DNA of 31,602 bases, taken from contig JAZDIZ010000038.1 in the NCBI GenBank assembly GCA_043804515.1, positions 1 through 31,602 on the forward strand. The letters run 5' to 3'. Source of the DNA: Pseudomonadota bacterium. GTDB taxonomy: Bacteria > Bdellovibrionota_G > JALEGL01 > DATDPG01. The notes beneath the pieces are model-generated. The model saw only the letters and a program-made list of their open reading frames with translations, was not told the DNA's origin and did no database searches. Below are positions 1 to 8,049 of the stretch, piece after piece. The translations under genes and the position numbers were made by a program. The number at the start of each line of letters is the position of its first letter. The stretch's first letter is position 1.

Positions 1-204
1 AACCAAAACGTGAACTCTAGTCGGTCTCGGCAAGCGCGCCTATGCGCTTCGAACAAAATCAGTGCGGGCGTTGAATCCAACCTGAGAATCTAGACCGGAA
101 ACACCGTGGGGAGGCGCTGGCCGATCCCGACGAGTTCTCACACATGTTGGAGGAAACAAAACGAAACCGCCCACCGGAGTGGGCGGCTTTGTTTTGGCGT
201 CCCC
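1..204 (-). repeat. tRNA-linked module, copy 1 (truncated by window start); direct repeat of 5166-5369
   Basis: By eye, 1-205 equals 5166-5370 except one T/C at 118; contains the terminator hairpin and the GGGGACGCCA core. Confidence 0.95.
154..195 (-). terminator. Rho-independent terminator immediately after the CCA of site R1
   Basis: Minus strand AAAGCCGCCCAC-TCCG-GTGGGCGGTTT followed by CGTTTTGTTT. Confidence 0.8.
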
Positions 205-234
205 CACGTGCAGCCAGTAGTACCCTGCGTGACC
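195..234 (-). repeat. Cassette boundary site R1 (30-bp arm + tRNA-Glu 3' core)
   Basis: Minus strand GGTCACGCAGGGTACTACTGGCTGCACGTG-GGGGACGCCA; ungapped match to R2-R5. Confidence 0.93.
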
Positions 235-273
235 ATGCATACCCAATTCCGCCTCACTTCGCGGGCCTTGTTT

Positions 274-885
274 TCATTCGCCTTCGCCGTGTTCGTGGGG
301 GCCCGTCGCCGACGTGGCTGCCCCGTAGATCTTCTCCACAAAGTGAGTGTACTCGATGTACGCCTTAACGAACGCCCGGCCGGCCGCCACGTCGTTCGGA
401 TCATAACGCCGCCGTTCGAGGGCTTCCTGAAAGTGCCGCTGGATGCCTGTCTCAACCGCGCTACCGACAAGCTTTTGCAGCGCTTCCGCAGAGCCCGTCT
501 CCAGCGTGCGGTCGGCTGCAGGCACAGCGGGCCCGACGTCGGTCCCCGCGGGCTTAATTCCCGTGAATGGGGCTCCCTCCCCAGTACGGTGGATGCGCAC
601 GAGCGCCTCGAAGAATCGTTGGTCAGCGGTATCTTTCGCGGCGCCCCCGGCCTTCCGAGCAGCTCGCGCCTTGTTGAATTCCTCCCGGATGGCGTTCTCG
701 TCCGCGGGTTGGACCCAGACGAGCACAAGGTTGACATTGCCCGTCTTGAGCGCCTGGCGCGCCGCCATGACAACCGGACCAGACATAGTGTCGCAGTGGG
801 CCCGGGCCGATGTCGAAAGGCCGGCGGCAAGACCTATGCAGACGATCGACGCAAGAATGAGCAAAAACATGTTGCCTTTTTTCAT
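274..885 (-). CDS. Secreted DUF6448-like protein
   Basis: Signal peptide ending ARA, then HCDTMSGPVV...GNVNLVLVWV...FFEALVRIHRTGEGAPFTGIKPAG, recognised as the DUF6448 pattern; GGGAG RBS upstream. Confidence 0.8.
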   Translation of the reverse strand: MKKGNMFLLILASIVCIGLAAGLSTSARAHCDTMSGPVVMAARQALKTGNVNLVLVWVQPADENAIREEFNKARAARKAGGAAKDTADQRFFEALVRIHRTGEGAPFTGIKPAGTDVGPAVPAADRTLETGSAEALQKLVGSAVETGIQRHFQEALERRRYDPNDVAAGRAFVKAYIEYTHFVEKIYGAATSATGPHEHGEGE

Positions 886-950
886 GACGTTCTCCCTCGT
901 CGCCCTGATGACGACTCCGCGAAACCGACCGGCCTATAGCAACAAAGCGC

Positions 951-979
951 TTGCAAGTAAATGGATACTTACATACGTT
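951..979 (+). promoter_or_regulatory. Sigma70-type promoter with palindromic operator in the spacer (candidate TetR site)
   Basis: TTGCAA(951-956)-17 bp-TACGTT(974-979); GTAAaT-N4-AcTTAC dyad at 957-972; ATG at 988 lacks an RBS, consistent with a leaderless mRNA. Confidence 0.55.
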
Positions 980-987
980 GCGTCTCC

Positions 988-1668
988 ATGGGCGCCCGAA
1001 GTCCGCGTGTGCAGGAGCGCAAGCCCACCGAATTGCGTCAGACGGAGATCGTCGACGCGGCAATGCGCATCCTCGCCTTCCAGGGCGCACGCAGGTTCAC
1101 GGCACAGCTCATCGGCGAGCAAGTCGGCGTCACGGCAGGAGCTATCTTCCGTCACTTCAAAACGATGGACGCAATCGGAGATGCCATCATCGACCGATTG
1201 GAGGCGATCCTGTTCCAGGGCTTCCCACCGAAAGAGGGAGATGCCATCGAGCGACTCGGTGTCTTCTTCCGGCAACGGGTACAAACCATCGTCGCCAACC
1301 CGCACATTTCCAGCATACTGCTCACCGACCACCTCGCCCAAACGGCCGGTCAGGCTCGTGCGAATCGCCTCAAGATGTTCAAACAACGCTCGCGCAATTT
1401 TGTGCTGGCGTGCCTTCGCGAGGCGCGGCGGACCGGAACTCTTCGTGGAAATGCCGGCACACAGGAAGGCGCCATTCTTGTGCTCGGGGCTATCTTCGCC
1501 CTCGCCCATGCGCGCATGCGGACGCAAGATGGGGCCGCGATCGAAAGGCTGGCGCGGAGCGTGTGGAGCGTCATCGAGTCCACGCTTCGAGGCATCGGAA
1601 GACCGGACAAAAAACGACTCTCAGGGAAACCGGGCCGCAAGACCCGACGCGATTTCGAAAGGAAGTGA
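988..1668 (+). CDS. TetR/AcrR family transcriptional regulator
   Basis: N-terminal HTH RQTEIVDAAMRILAFQG...IGEQVGVTAGAIFRHFKT; start placed at ATG 988 (ORF track begins at 961). Confidence 0.9.
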   Translation: MGARSPRVQERKPTELRQTEIVDAAMRILAFQGARRFTAQLIGEQVGVTAGAIFRHFKTMDAIGDAIIDRLEAILFQGFPPKEGDAIERLGVFFRQRVQTIVANPHISSILLTDHLAQTAGQARANRLKMFKQRSRNFVLACLREARRTGTLRGNAGTQEGAILVLGAIFALAHARMRTQDGAAIERLARSVWSVIESTLRGIGRPDKKRLSGKPGRKTRRDFERK

Positions 1669-1671
1669 GCC

Positions 1672-3909
1672 ATGGATAAATCCAAGACACGCGCTGTCCT
1701 CTTGTTCGTTCTGGTGTTGGCATTCGGAGTCCTCCTGTTCGGGGGATACCTCATGAACAAGGAGAAGCCGCCCATCCCGACCACCGTCGTGACCCAGGAG
1801 GGGACGACTCTCTTTGCGGAGAAAGACGTCATTGACGGGCAGAACTATTTCTTCAGCCGCGGCGGCCAGCATATCGGGAGTATCTGGGGCCATGGAGCGT
1901 ACCTCGCACCTGATTGGTCCGCCGACTTCCTGCACCGCATGGGTTTGTTCCTCGTCGCCCGGCATCTCGACCGCTCCGTCGAGGAGGCAGGCGCTTTTGC
2001 GCAGGCTGATTTCGAGCGGCTTGATGCGCCAACGCGGGCGCGTGTTTCGGCACTCGTCACCGAAGAAATACACACAAATCGGCATAACGCGGCGACCGGC
2101 AAACTGACATACACACCGTTCCAGGCCGAGGCGCTTGCCTACCTAACCGGTTACTACACAACGCTCTTCCGTGAGGGCAACGATCGAATGGGCTTGCAGC
2201 CGGGCATCGTGCGAAGCGACCAGGAGGGACGCATCGTCACGAGTTTCTTCGCCTGGCTCGCCTGGGCCGCGGGGACCAATCGCCCTGGTGAAACACATAC
2301 CTACACGAGCAACTGGCCCTACGACCCGCTCGTTGGAAACCAGCCGATGCCGGACTTGGTCATATGGTCGATCGTGAGCGTCATCTTGCTCATTCTTGGC
2401 ATCGCCATCGCGATCTTCCTCTATCAGCGTTACATCCGCGAAGAAGACTACCAGGCGACGCTCTCGCCGGACTTCCCCGAGCCGACACCCACGCCGAGCC
2501 AGAAGGCGACGCTGGCTTACTTCCTTGTGGCTATCGTATTGCTCGTGATCCAGGTCGGCATGGGCTCGCTGACCGGCCACTTTACGGTCGAGGGGACGAG
2601 CTTCTTCGGCGTCAAAATCGGCGAGTTCCTGCCGTACGCGGCGGTGCGCACGTGGCACCTACAGTTGGCAGTGTTCTTCATCGCCACGTGTTTTCTCGCT
2701 GCCGGGTTATTCATTGGGCCGTTTGTCGGCCGCGAGCCCAAGTGCCAGTCCGCGCTTGTATGGGCTCTCTTTGGCGCCGTTGTGGTGGTCGTCGTCGGCG
2801 CACTCAGCGGAACTTATCTCTCCATCCTAGGTAAGTTCGGCGGCAACGGCTTCATGCTTGGCCACCAGGGCTATGAATACATCGAACTCGGCCGCCTGTG
2901 GCAGGTCTTGCTGATCGTCGGAATGATCTTCTGGCTGGTCCTGGTCTTGCGCGCTATCCGTCCCGCGCTGCGCAATGAGAAGGACGCGGGGGGTATGACT
3001 CACCTGCTCCTCTACAGCGCCATCAGCATCCCGGCTTTCTACATGGCCGGCCTGATGTACGGCAAAGGCAGCCACCTCACGAACGCCGAGTACTGGCGCT
3101 GGTGGGTCGTCCACCTTTGGGTCGAGGGCTTCTTCGAAGTGTTCGCCACGGTATTCATGGCCTTCCTGCTCGCACGAATCGGGCTCGTGGGCCAGCGTTT
3201 CGCTTCGCGTACAGTCTATTTCAGCATCTTCCTCTACCTTGGTAGCGGCGTAATCGGCACCTTCCACCATCTCTACTGGGCCGGTTCACCGATACCCATC
3301 GTTGCGCTCGGCGCGGTCTTTTCCGCGCTCGAGGTGGTCCCGCTGAGCATTCTCGGATTCGAGGTCGCGCACAACCTGCGAGCCCTCAAGGTCGCCGGGA
3401 AGGAGTATCCGTACCGCTGGCCGGTCTATTTCTTCCTCTCCGTTGCCTTCTGGAACTTGCTCGGCGCCGGCATATTCGGGTTCCTTATTAACCCGCCGAT
3501 CGTGCTCTACTACGTCCAGGGCATCAACACGACGCCGCTCCATGCCCATACAGCCCTGTTCGGCGTCTACGGCTTGCTCGCCATCTCGCTCATGCTGTTC
3601 TCGATGCGGAACATCGTAGCCAAGGCCGCCTGGTCCAACCGGCTGCTCAAGTGGAGCTTCTGGGGCCTGAACGGCGGCCTCGCCTTGATGACCTTCGTGA
3701 GCCTTGTTCCGTCGGGGTTCTACCAGTTCTACTTCGCGGTACGCGACGGCATGTGGTACGCGCGCAGTCCCGAGATCACCTCGGGGAACGTAATCCGAAC
3801 GCTCGCCTGGGCGCGCATTGGTCCCGACCTCATCTTTGCAACGGGTGCGGGCCTGCTTCTGCTCTTCGTTGTTCGCGCTATCTGGCTCAGCCGTAAACAA
3901 AAGGCGTAA
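1672..3909 (+). CDS. norB: Quinol-dependent nitric oxide reductase (qNOR, single subunit)
   Basis: 745 aa membrane protein with GSIWGHGAYLAPDWSAD, RTWHLQ, WWVVHLWVEGFFE, GTFHHLYW and HAHTALFGVYG heme/non-heme Fe ligand motifs. Confidence 0.96.
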   Translation: MDKSKTRAVLLFVLVLAFGVLLFGGYLMNKEKPPIPTTVVTQEGTTLFAEKDVIDGQNYFFSRGGQHIGSIWGHGAYLAPDWSADFLHRMGLFLVARHLDRSVEEAGAFAQADFERLDAPTRARVSALVTEEIHTNRHNAATGKLTYTPFQAEALAYLTGYYTTLFREGNDRMGLQPGIVRSDQEGRIVTSFFAWLAWAAGTNRPGETHTYTSNWPYDPLVGNQPMPDLVIWSIVSVILLILGIAIAIFLYQRYIREEDYQATLSPDFPEPTPTPSQKATLAYFLVAIVLLVIQVGMGSLTGHFTVEGTSFFGVKIGEFLPYAAVRTWHLQLAVFFIATCFLAAGLFIGPFVGREPKCQSALVWALFGAVVVVVVGALSGTYLSILGKFGGNGFMLGHQGYEYIELGRLWQVLLIVGMIFWLVLVLRAIRPALRNEKDAGGMTHLLLYSAISIPAFYMAGLMYGKGSHLTNAEYWRWWVVHLWVEGFFEVFATVFMAFLLARIGLVGQRFASRTVYFSIFLYLGSGVIGTFHHLYWAGSPIPIVALGAVFSALEVVPLSILGFEVAHNLRALKVAGKEYPYRWPVYFFLSVAFWNLLGAGIFGFLINPPIVLYYVQGINTTPLHAHTALFGVYGLLAISLMLFSMRNIVAKAAWSNRLLKWSFWGLNGGLALMTFVSLVPSGFYQFYFAVRDGMWYARSPEITSGNVIRTLAWARIGPDLIFATGAGLLLLFVVRAIWLSRKQKA

Positions 3910-3928
3910 GCAAAGGAAGGAGATCGAC

Positions 3929-4486
3929 ATGAAACCCACGCAAGAACTGATGGCCGAGCACAACGCGGTGCTTCTCGCACTTAAGCTTCTGGAGAAGGTC
4001 GAGGACGGTCTCGCCCCGAAAGACAGTCAGGCCACAGGGCACCTCGAACAACTCCTCGACTTTCTCCGCGAATTCGTTGACCGGTGCCACCACGGCAAGG
4101 AAGAGGATGTCCTCTTTCCCGAGCTCGAGCAGCGCGGGGTGAGACGGGATGGCGGACCGATCGGCGTCATGCTTGCGGAGCACGAAGTCGGGCGGCGCCA
4201 CGTCCGCGAGATGTCCGATGGGCTCGCGCGTCTGCGACGCTGCGAGCTTGGCGCGGCGGCAGCGATCCGAGAAAGCTCGCGCAGCTACCGAGATCTGCTG
4301 CAGGCGCACATCTACAAGGAGAACAACATGCTCTTCCCCATGGCAGATCGCCTTCTGCCCGACGACGTCGCGGCAAAAATGCTCGAGCGCTTCGAGGTGA
4401 TCGAGCGCGATCGGGTCGGCGAAGGCAAGCACGAGGCGTACCATGCCATGCTCCACCGCCTGAAGGACATTTACCGGATCGAATAA
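3929..4486 (+). CDS. Hemerythrin (HHE) domain protein
   Basis: LMAEH, DRCHHGKEEDVLFP, MLAEH and HIYKENNMLFP motifs; AGGAAGGAG RBS before ATG 3929. Confidence 0.92.
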   Translation: MKPTQELMAEHNAVLLALKLLEKVEDGLAPKDSQATGHLEQLLDFLREFVDRCHHGKEEDVLFPELEQRGVRRDGGPIGVMLAEHEVGRRHVREMSDGLARLRRCELGAAAAIRESSRSYRDLLQAHIYKENNMLFPMADRLLPDDVAAKMLERFEVIERDRVGEGKHEAYHAMLHRLKDIYRIE

Positions 4487-4555
4487 GGCCGGGCAGGTGA
4501 AAGAACGAGAAGTCTCATTGCCAGAGCGCTAAAGAACCCCCGGAAAGGACCCTAA

Positions 4556-4894
4556 ATGAAAATCACAAACGTACTAACCGCCAAGGACAAACCCAACCCC
4601 CACGGCGTGAGCGCGAAGCCGATCTACGACAGCCCGTATGCGATGGCTGTACACATCACCCTTCTGCCCGGGCAGTCGCTCAAGAAGCATGCTACGCCCG
4701 TTGATGTCTTCTTTTACGTGCTCGAGGGCGACGGCCTCGTCGAAATGGGCGAAGAGACGGCTAAGGTCTCGCGCGACATGATCATCGAGAGCCCGGCTCG
4801 GATCCCGCACCGACTGGCCAATGACGGTGACAAGGTGTTCCGCGTTCTTGTCGTCAAGGTGCCCAGGCCGACAGAATCAACAAAAGTAAGCTGA
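4556..4894 (+). CDS. Cupin domain protein
   Basis: LLPGQSLKKH..P...FYVLEGDG...ESPARIPH.LAN cupin pattern; AAAGGA RBS. Confidence 0.88.
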   Translation: MKITNVLTAKDKPNPHGVSAKPIYDSPYAMAVHITLLPGQSLKKHATPVDVFFYVLEGDGLVEMGEETAKVSRDMIIESPARIPHRLANDGDKVFRVLVVKVPRPTESTKVS

Positions 4895-5016
4895 CGCTCG
4901 CTCGGAAGGTAGTTCGAAGACTTGAGCAGTTGCGGAAGTAATCCTACGTATTGGATCTGTTAATTCGAGTTTCCGGTTCTTTGCGACCGCGCGTTGAATG
5001 AACTGACAACTAAAGT

Positions 5017-5066
5017 TGGCGTCCCCGACCCGCCTACGCGGAAGCTACGGCGGGGCAAGCGAGATT
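5017..5066 (-). repeat. Duplicated 19-nt tRNA-Glu 3' end (site F) interrupted by a 31-bp palindrome
   Basis: 5017-5029 = tRNA 7946-7958 (TGGCGTCCCCGAC) and 5061-5066 = tRNA 7959-7964 (GAGATT); insert at 5030-5060. Confidence 0.85.
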
Positions 5067-5359
5067 GGGCGAGGCTCTCGCCCCGCCCGTTTCAGAGTGG
5101 CTCCTCACCGCCAGCCTTCGGCCGGCGCCGGTTCGTCGCAACATTAGATTGTTCCGCATTCGCGGAACCAAAACGTGAACTCTAGTCGGTCTCGGCAAGC
5201 GCGCCTATGCGCTTCGAACAAAATCAGTGCGGGCGTTGAATCCAACCTGAGAATCTAGACCGGAAACACCGTGGGGAGGCGCCGGCCGATCCCGACGAGT
5301 TCTCACACATGTTGGAGGAAACAAAACGAAACCGCCCACCGGAGTGGGCGGCTTTGTTT
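5017..5359 (-). repeat. 343-bp tRNA-linked module, copy 2 (terminator + hairpin-rich spacer + tRNA 3' end)
   Basis: Non-coding, bounded by two GGGGACGCCA cores; 5166-5359 is repeated at 1-194. Confidence 0.85.
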
Positions 5360-5360
5360 T
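5319..5360 (-). terminator. Rho-independent terminator immediately after the CCA of site R2
   Basis: Same GC-rich hairpin and T-rich tail as 154-195. Confidence 0.8.
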
Positions 5361-5399
5361 GGCGTCCCCCGCGTGTAGCCAGTAGTACCCTATGTGACC
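5360..5399 (-). repeat. Cassette boundary site R2
   Basis: Minus strand GGTCACATAGGGTACTACTGGCTACACGCG-GGGGACGCCA. Confidence 0.93.
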
Positions 5400-5418
5400 C
5401 CATGCGGCGAAGCCAGAA

Positions 5419-5682
5419 TCATTCCTCGTAGACTTCTTTTCGGTGCCCGATCTTGACCACCACGACGACATCCGGGGGCTCAATCCGGTATATGACTCGC
5501 CAATCACCCACACGAAGCCGTCGCGCTCCCTTGAAACTGTAGCGGAGTGGTTTTCCGAATTCGATGGGGTGGGAGGTAAGCTTACGTTCGATAGCCCTTC
5601 GAACCTGCTCCTTCACAGACTTGGACAAAAGCGGGATGTCTTCCCGGATCACGCTCTCCAGGTACTCGACCCGGTAGGTCAA
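5419..5682 (-). CDS. relE: Type II toxin, RelE/ParE superfamily (RelE/StbE-like)
   Basis: 87 aa; GKPLRY...RRLRVGDWRVIYRI...VVVVKIGHRKEVY; TTG start overlaps the antitoxin stop. Confidence 0.9.
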   Translation of the reverse strand: MTYRVEYLESVIREDIPLLSKSVKEQVRRAIERKLTSHPIEFGKPLRYSFKGARRLRVGDWRVIYRIEPPDVVVVVKIGHRKEVYEE

Positions 5683-5900
5683 TCCCAGGCTTTCTCATGC
5701 GGAATCCGTTTTTCCTTCCGGCGCAGCCGTTCGTCGGCGATCCGCGAGAAATAGATGTCCTCCTGATACTCCAGTGCCTGTTCGATCAAGCTCAATCCCA
5801 CGCCTGCCACGGATTGATCGCGATCTCCAGAAAGGCGCTCCAAAGCGTCGTAGACGTCATCATCTACCGTGATATTAATCCTCTTCTTGGCCGTGGGCAT
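5679..5900 (-). CDS. Ribbon-helix-helix antitoxin
   Basis: 73 aa; KKRINITV beta-strand then helices; C-terminal IPHEKAW; lies directly upstream of and overlaps the toxin. Confidence 0.85.
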   Translation of the reverse strand: MPTAKKRINITVDDDVYDALERLSGDRDQSVAGVGLSLIEQALEYQEDIYFSRIADERLRRKEKRIPHEKAWD

Positions 5901-5921
5901 TTGACCCGCCTTTCAATGTGA

Positions 5922-5951
5922 AGTGTACCACCGGTGTAACACCGCAGTCAA
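5922..5951 (-). promoter_or_regulatory. TA promoter with two short pseudo-palindromic operators
   Basis: Minus strand TTGACT-18 bp-TACACT with extended TG; GTGTACCAC (5923-5931) and GTGTAACAC (5934-5942) overlap it. Confidence 0.7.
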
Positions 5952-6027
5952 GGGGGAGCGTTATCCGCCGGGAACTCCGCCTCGCATTGCATCCTTGATC
6001 TCGAAAGGCCGACTGACAACTGAAGTT

Positions 6028-6067
6028 TGGCATCCCCCGCGTGTAGCCAGGAGTATCCTACGTGACC
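6028..6067 (-). repeat. Cassette boundary site R3
   Basis: Minus strand GGTCACGTAGGATACTCCTGGCTACACGCG-GGGGATGCCA (one change in the core). Confidence 0.92.
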
Positions 6068-6085
6068 ATAGACCGCTGCTGCTGG

Positions 6086-6952
6086 CTACTTCCGGGGCTC
6101 CTGATTGATCGGCCTCTTCTCAGGGCACTCGTACGACGCCAATGCTCTCTCAGGGCTCATATCCCCTTTCCGACTCGCGTCCACAGCGATCACCAAATAC
6201 TCTTTGCCATCGCCTATGACCGCGATGCCATACTCAATGAATCCTCCTATTGTGGCGGCCTTCCTGGCCTCTGACCACACTTGATTGACATCACGGATCC
6301 TCGCAGCAACAGCGCGGACGTTTGGAGCGAGTTCCCTGGCCCCGGCGGCGCCAGTCATCAGTGACAGGAGCTTCTGCCGAATACCAGTACCCGGGCGGAC
6401 GATATGAATGTGCAGCTGGTCCTGGGATCTAAGACTAAATGGATTCGCGACAAGAAGGATCTCGTCCTGATTCTTGATCTTTTCCGCGGCCGTTTTCCAA
6501 GCAAACGCCCATGCCCCTACGAGGTGTGGGTCGCTCATGGTTCGCTTGTCCTCAACACCGGTGCAAGGATGGCGAGGAATCACTAGGCCGTGCACAAAAC
6601 CCTTGGCGCAACCACACGTCCTAAAGTGGTCCTTGAACGCTACGAAATCCTCGTCCTGATTCCAGACGTCTGTTCTCAGACACTCATCACCTACAGCGCA
6701 TGGCGCACCAACAAGCGGCCTTTGGCACGCCGAGCAATAGCTTGAACTTGAGGGTTCCAGACAAGACTGAACAACGTTCCAGAGAATGCAGCGCTTGGAG
6801 GCCTCCAGTGATATCTGAGAACCTTTCGCCAATGAGCAATCGACCGGTTGACCCGCGAACGCGGGTCTCGGAAACCAAGCCCACAACAGCGCAAGGCATA
6901 GAAGAGCAAAGACGAGTGAAGCCTTCTTCCTGAAACTGTCTTGTCGCCGCAT
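6086..6952 (-). CDS. Exported CDP-diacylglycerol pyrophosphatase-like (Cdh/HIT-fold) protein, Cys-rich
   Basis: LVIPRHPCTGVED and ANPFSLRSQDQLHIHI match the Cdh-family RSQxQLHIH motif; signal peptide ending AFA. Confidence 0.72.
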   Translation of the reverse strand: MRRQDSFRKKASLVFALLCLALLWAWFPRPAFAGQPVDCSLAKGSQISLEASKRCILWNVVQSCLEPSSSSYCSACQRPLVGAPCAVGDECLRTDVWNQDEDFVAFKDHFRTCGCAKGFVHGLVIPRHPCTGVEDKRTMSDPHLVGAWAFAWKTAAEKIKNQDEILLVANPFSLRSQDQLHIHIVRPGTGIRQKLLSLMTGAAGARELAPNVRAVAARIRDVNQVWSEARKAATIGGFIEYGIAVIGDGKEYLVIAVDASRKGDMSPERALASYECPEKRPINQEPRK

Positions 6953-7006
6953 CTTCCCTTTCCGTTTTCGAAGCCCTCTTGCCTCACCACTCGTAAACGA
7001 AAGTTA

Positions 7007-7046
7007 TGGCGTCCCCCGCGTGCAGCCAGGAGTACCCTATATGACG
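7007..7046 (-). repeat. Cassette boundary site R4
   Basis: Minus strand CGTCATATAGGGTACTCCTGGCTGCACGCG-GGGGACGCCA. Confidence 0.92.
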
Positions 7047-7081
7047 ATATACGAATGCCGCGCCATCGAAGATCCAGCTGT

Positions 7082-7855
7082 TCAGCGGGACAGCATCACT
7101 TTCTCCCATCCCCAATTTCCTGTCGAAGCGGGGACCCTGCGTTCGACAAGATATTCGCCATCGTCAGGGCAAGTCACTCGGTAGACCTCCGCATTACGGG
7201 CCTTCAGCAGTTTCTGCTCAGGTACCGTAGCCCCCAGAAAGTATCCCTGCAACGCCGGAAGTGTGCGACTGTGGCCCACGAGGATCACATTCTTGCTCCG
7301 GTATTTCCGGCCCTCCGTAACCTGCTTGAGAAACTTCTCGATTCGTCGCCTCACGTCAGCCTGGCTTTCTCCATCGGGAGCATGAAAGGCGGGATCGTTA
7401 TCAAGACGGTCCCAGAACGCCTTCCCAAGAGGCGGCACCGTACCGTTGAGGCATTCGTAAGGCCCCAACCTAATGTTGTTGATCAGAGGCTCTGCTTTAA
7501 AGACCGGCTTTCGCCCCTTCTCATGCTGCCGCTCGACCAAGGGTTCAACCGTTTCGTGTGTTCTGAACATCTCGGTTGTAAAAACGAAATCGATCGGAAT
7601 GTCCGAGAAGAAATCCGCAAGCTCCTTGGCTTGTTCGTAGCCCCGGTCTGAAAGGTGCGTGATCGAATGGTTCGCTTGGGCGCAAGACCTGTCCCAAGGC
7701 GTTCCTTCAAGAGCATTTGCTCGGGTTTCGGCGTGGCGAATCAGAAAGATCGTTCCATTCGTCTCGCACTTTTGTGTAGCCGTAACCTGGGAATACCAAC
7801 CCAAGCCAAGAAGGAGACCAGCAAGGATGAACGAGAAAGAACTCTTGATAGCCAT
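7082..7855 (-). CDS. Exported histidine phosphatase (phosphoglycerate mutase-like) family protein
   Basis: FLIRHAET, LSDRGYEQA, RTHET, PDGES and ILVGH motifs; hydrophobic N-terminus; start could also be 7864. Confidence 0.88.
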   Translation of the reverse strand: MAIKSSFSFILAGLLLGLGWYSQVTATQKCETNGTIFLIRHAETRANALEGTPWDRSCAQANHSITHLSDRGYEQAKELADFFSDIPIDFVFTTEMFRTHETVEPLVERQHEKGRKPVFKAEPLINNIRLGPYECLNGTVPPLGKAFWDRLDNDPAFHAPDGESQADVRRRIEKFLKQVTEGRKYRSKNVILVGHSRTLPALQGYFLGATVPEQKLLKARNAEVYRVTCPDDGEYLVERRVPASTGNWGWEKVMLSR

Positions 7856-7945
7856 GCCTTTCATTCCTTTCTGTCCCGGAAACCCAACGGAACTTTCATT
7901 TCCGCTGTCTTCTTCCACTTTGCCTCGAATCTGGAAACCAAAGTT

Positions 7946-8023
<78 letters not shown>

Positions 8024-8049
8024 GCAGGCGTTCAAAGAACGTTTTCTAT

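Noticed and set aside
40..246. ORFs 40-246 and 5205-5513 with near-identical peptides
   Set aside because: They run through the R site and terminator of the non-coding repeat; the similarity simply reflects the DNA duplication.
443..1756. Long alternative-frame ORFs (e.g. 443-1756, 14059-15117, 21601-22977, 23234-24424, 25451-26977, 28687-29769)
   Set aside because: They are shadow ORFs overlapping well-supported genes in GC-rich DNA and have no recognisable motifs.
5017..5220. A third functional tRNA, or an intron-containing tRNA
   Set aside because: Only the last 19 nt match tRNA-Glu; no D arm, anticodon arm or 5' acceptor strand is found.
195..7046. R1-R4 as a CRISPR array
   Set aside because: The intervals are 0.6-5 kb and contain whole genes; no cas genes are present.
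195..7046. R sites as classical integron attC sites
   Set aside because: No long imperfect hairpin bounded by RYYYAAC and GTTRRRY. AAC and GTT are only 4 nt apart, GTT is not followed by RRRY, and there is no intI.
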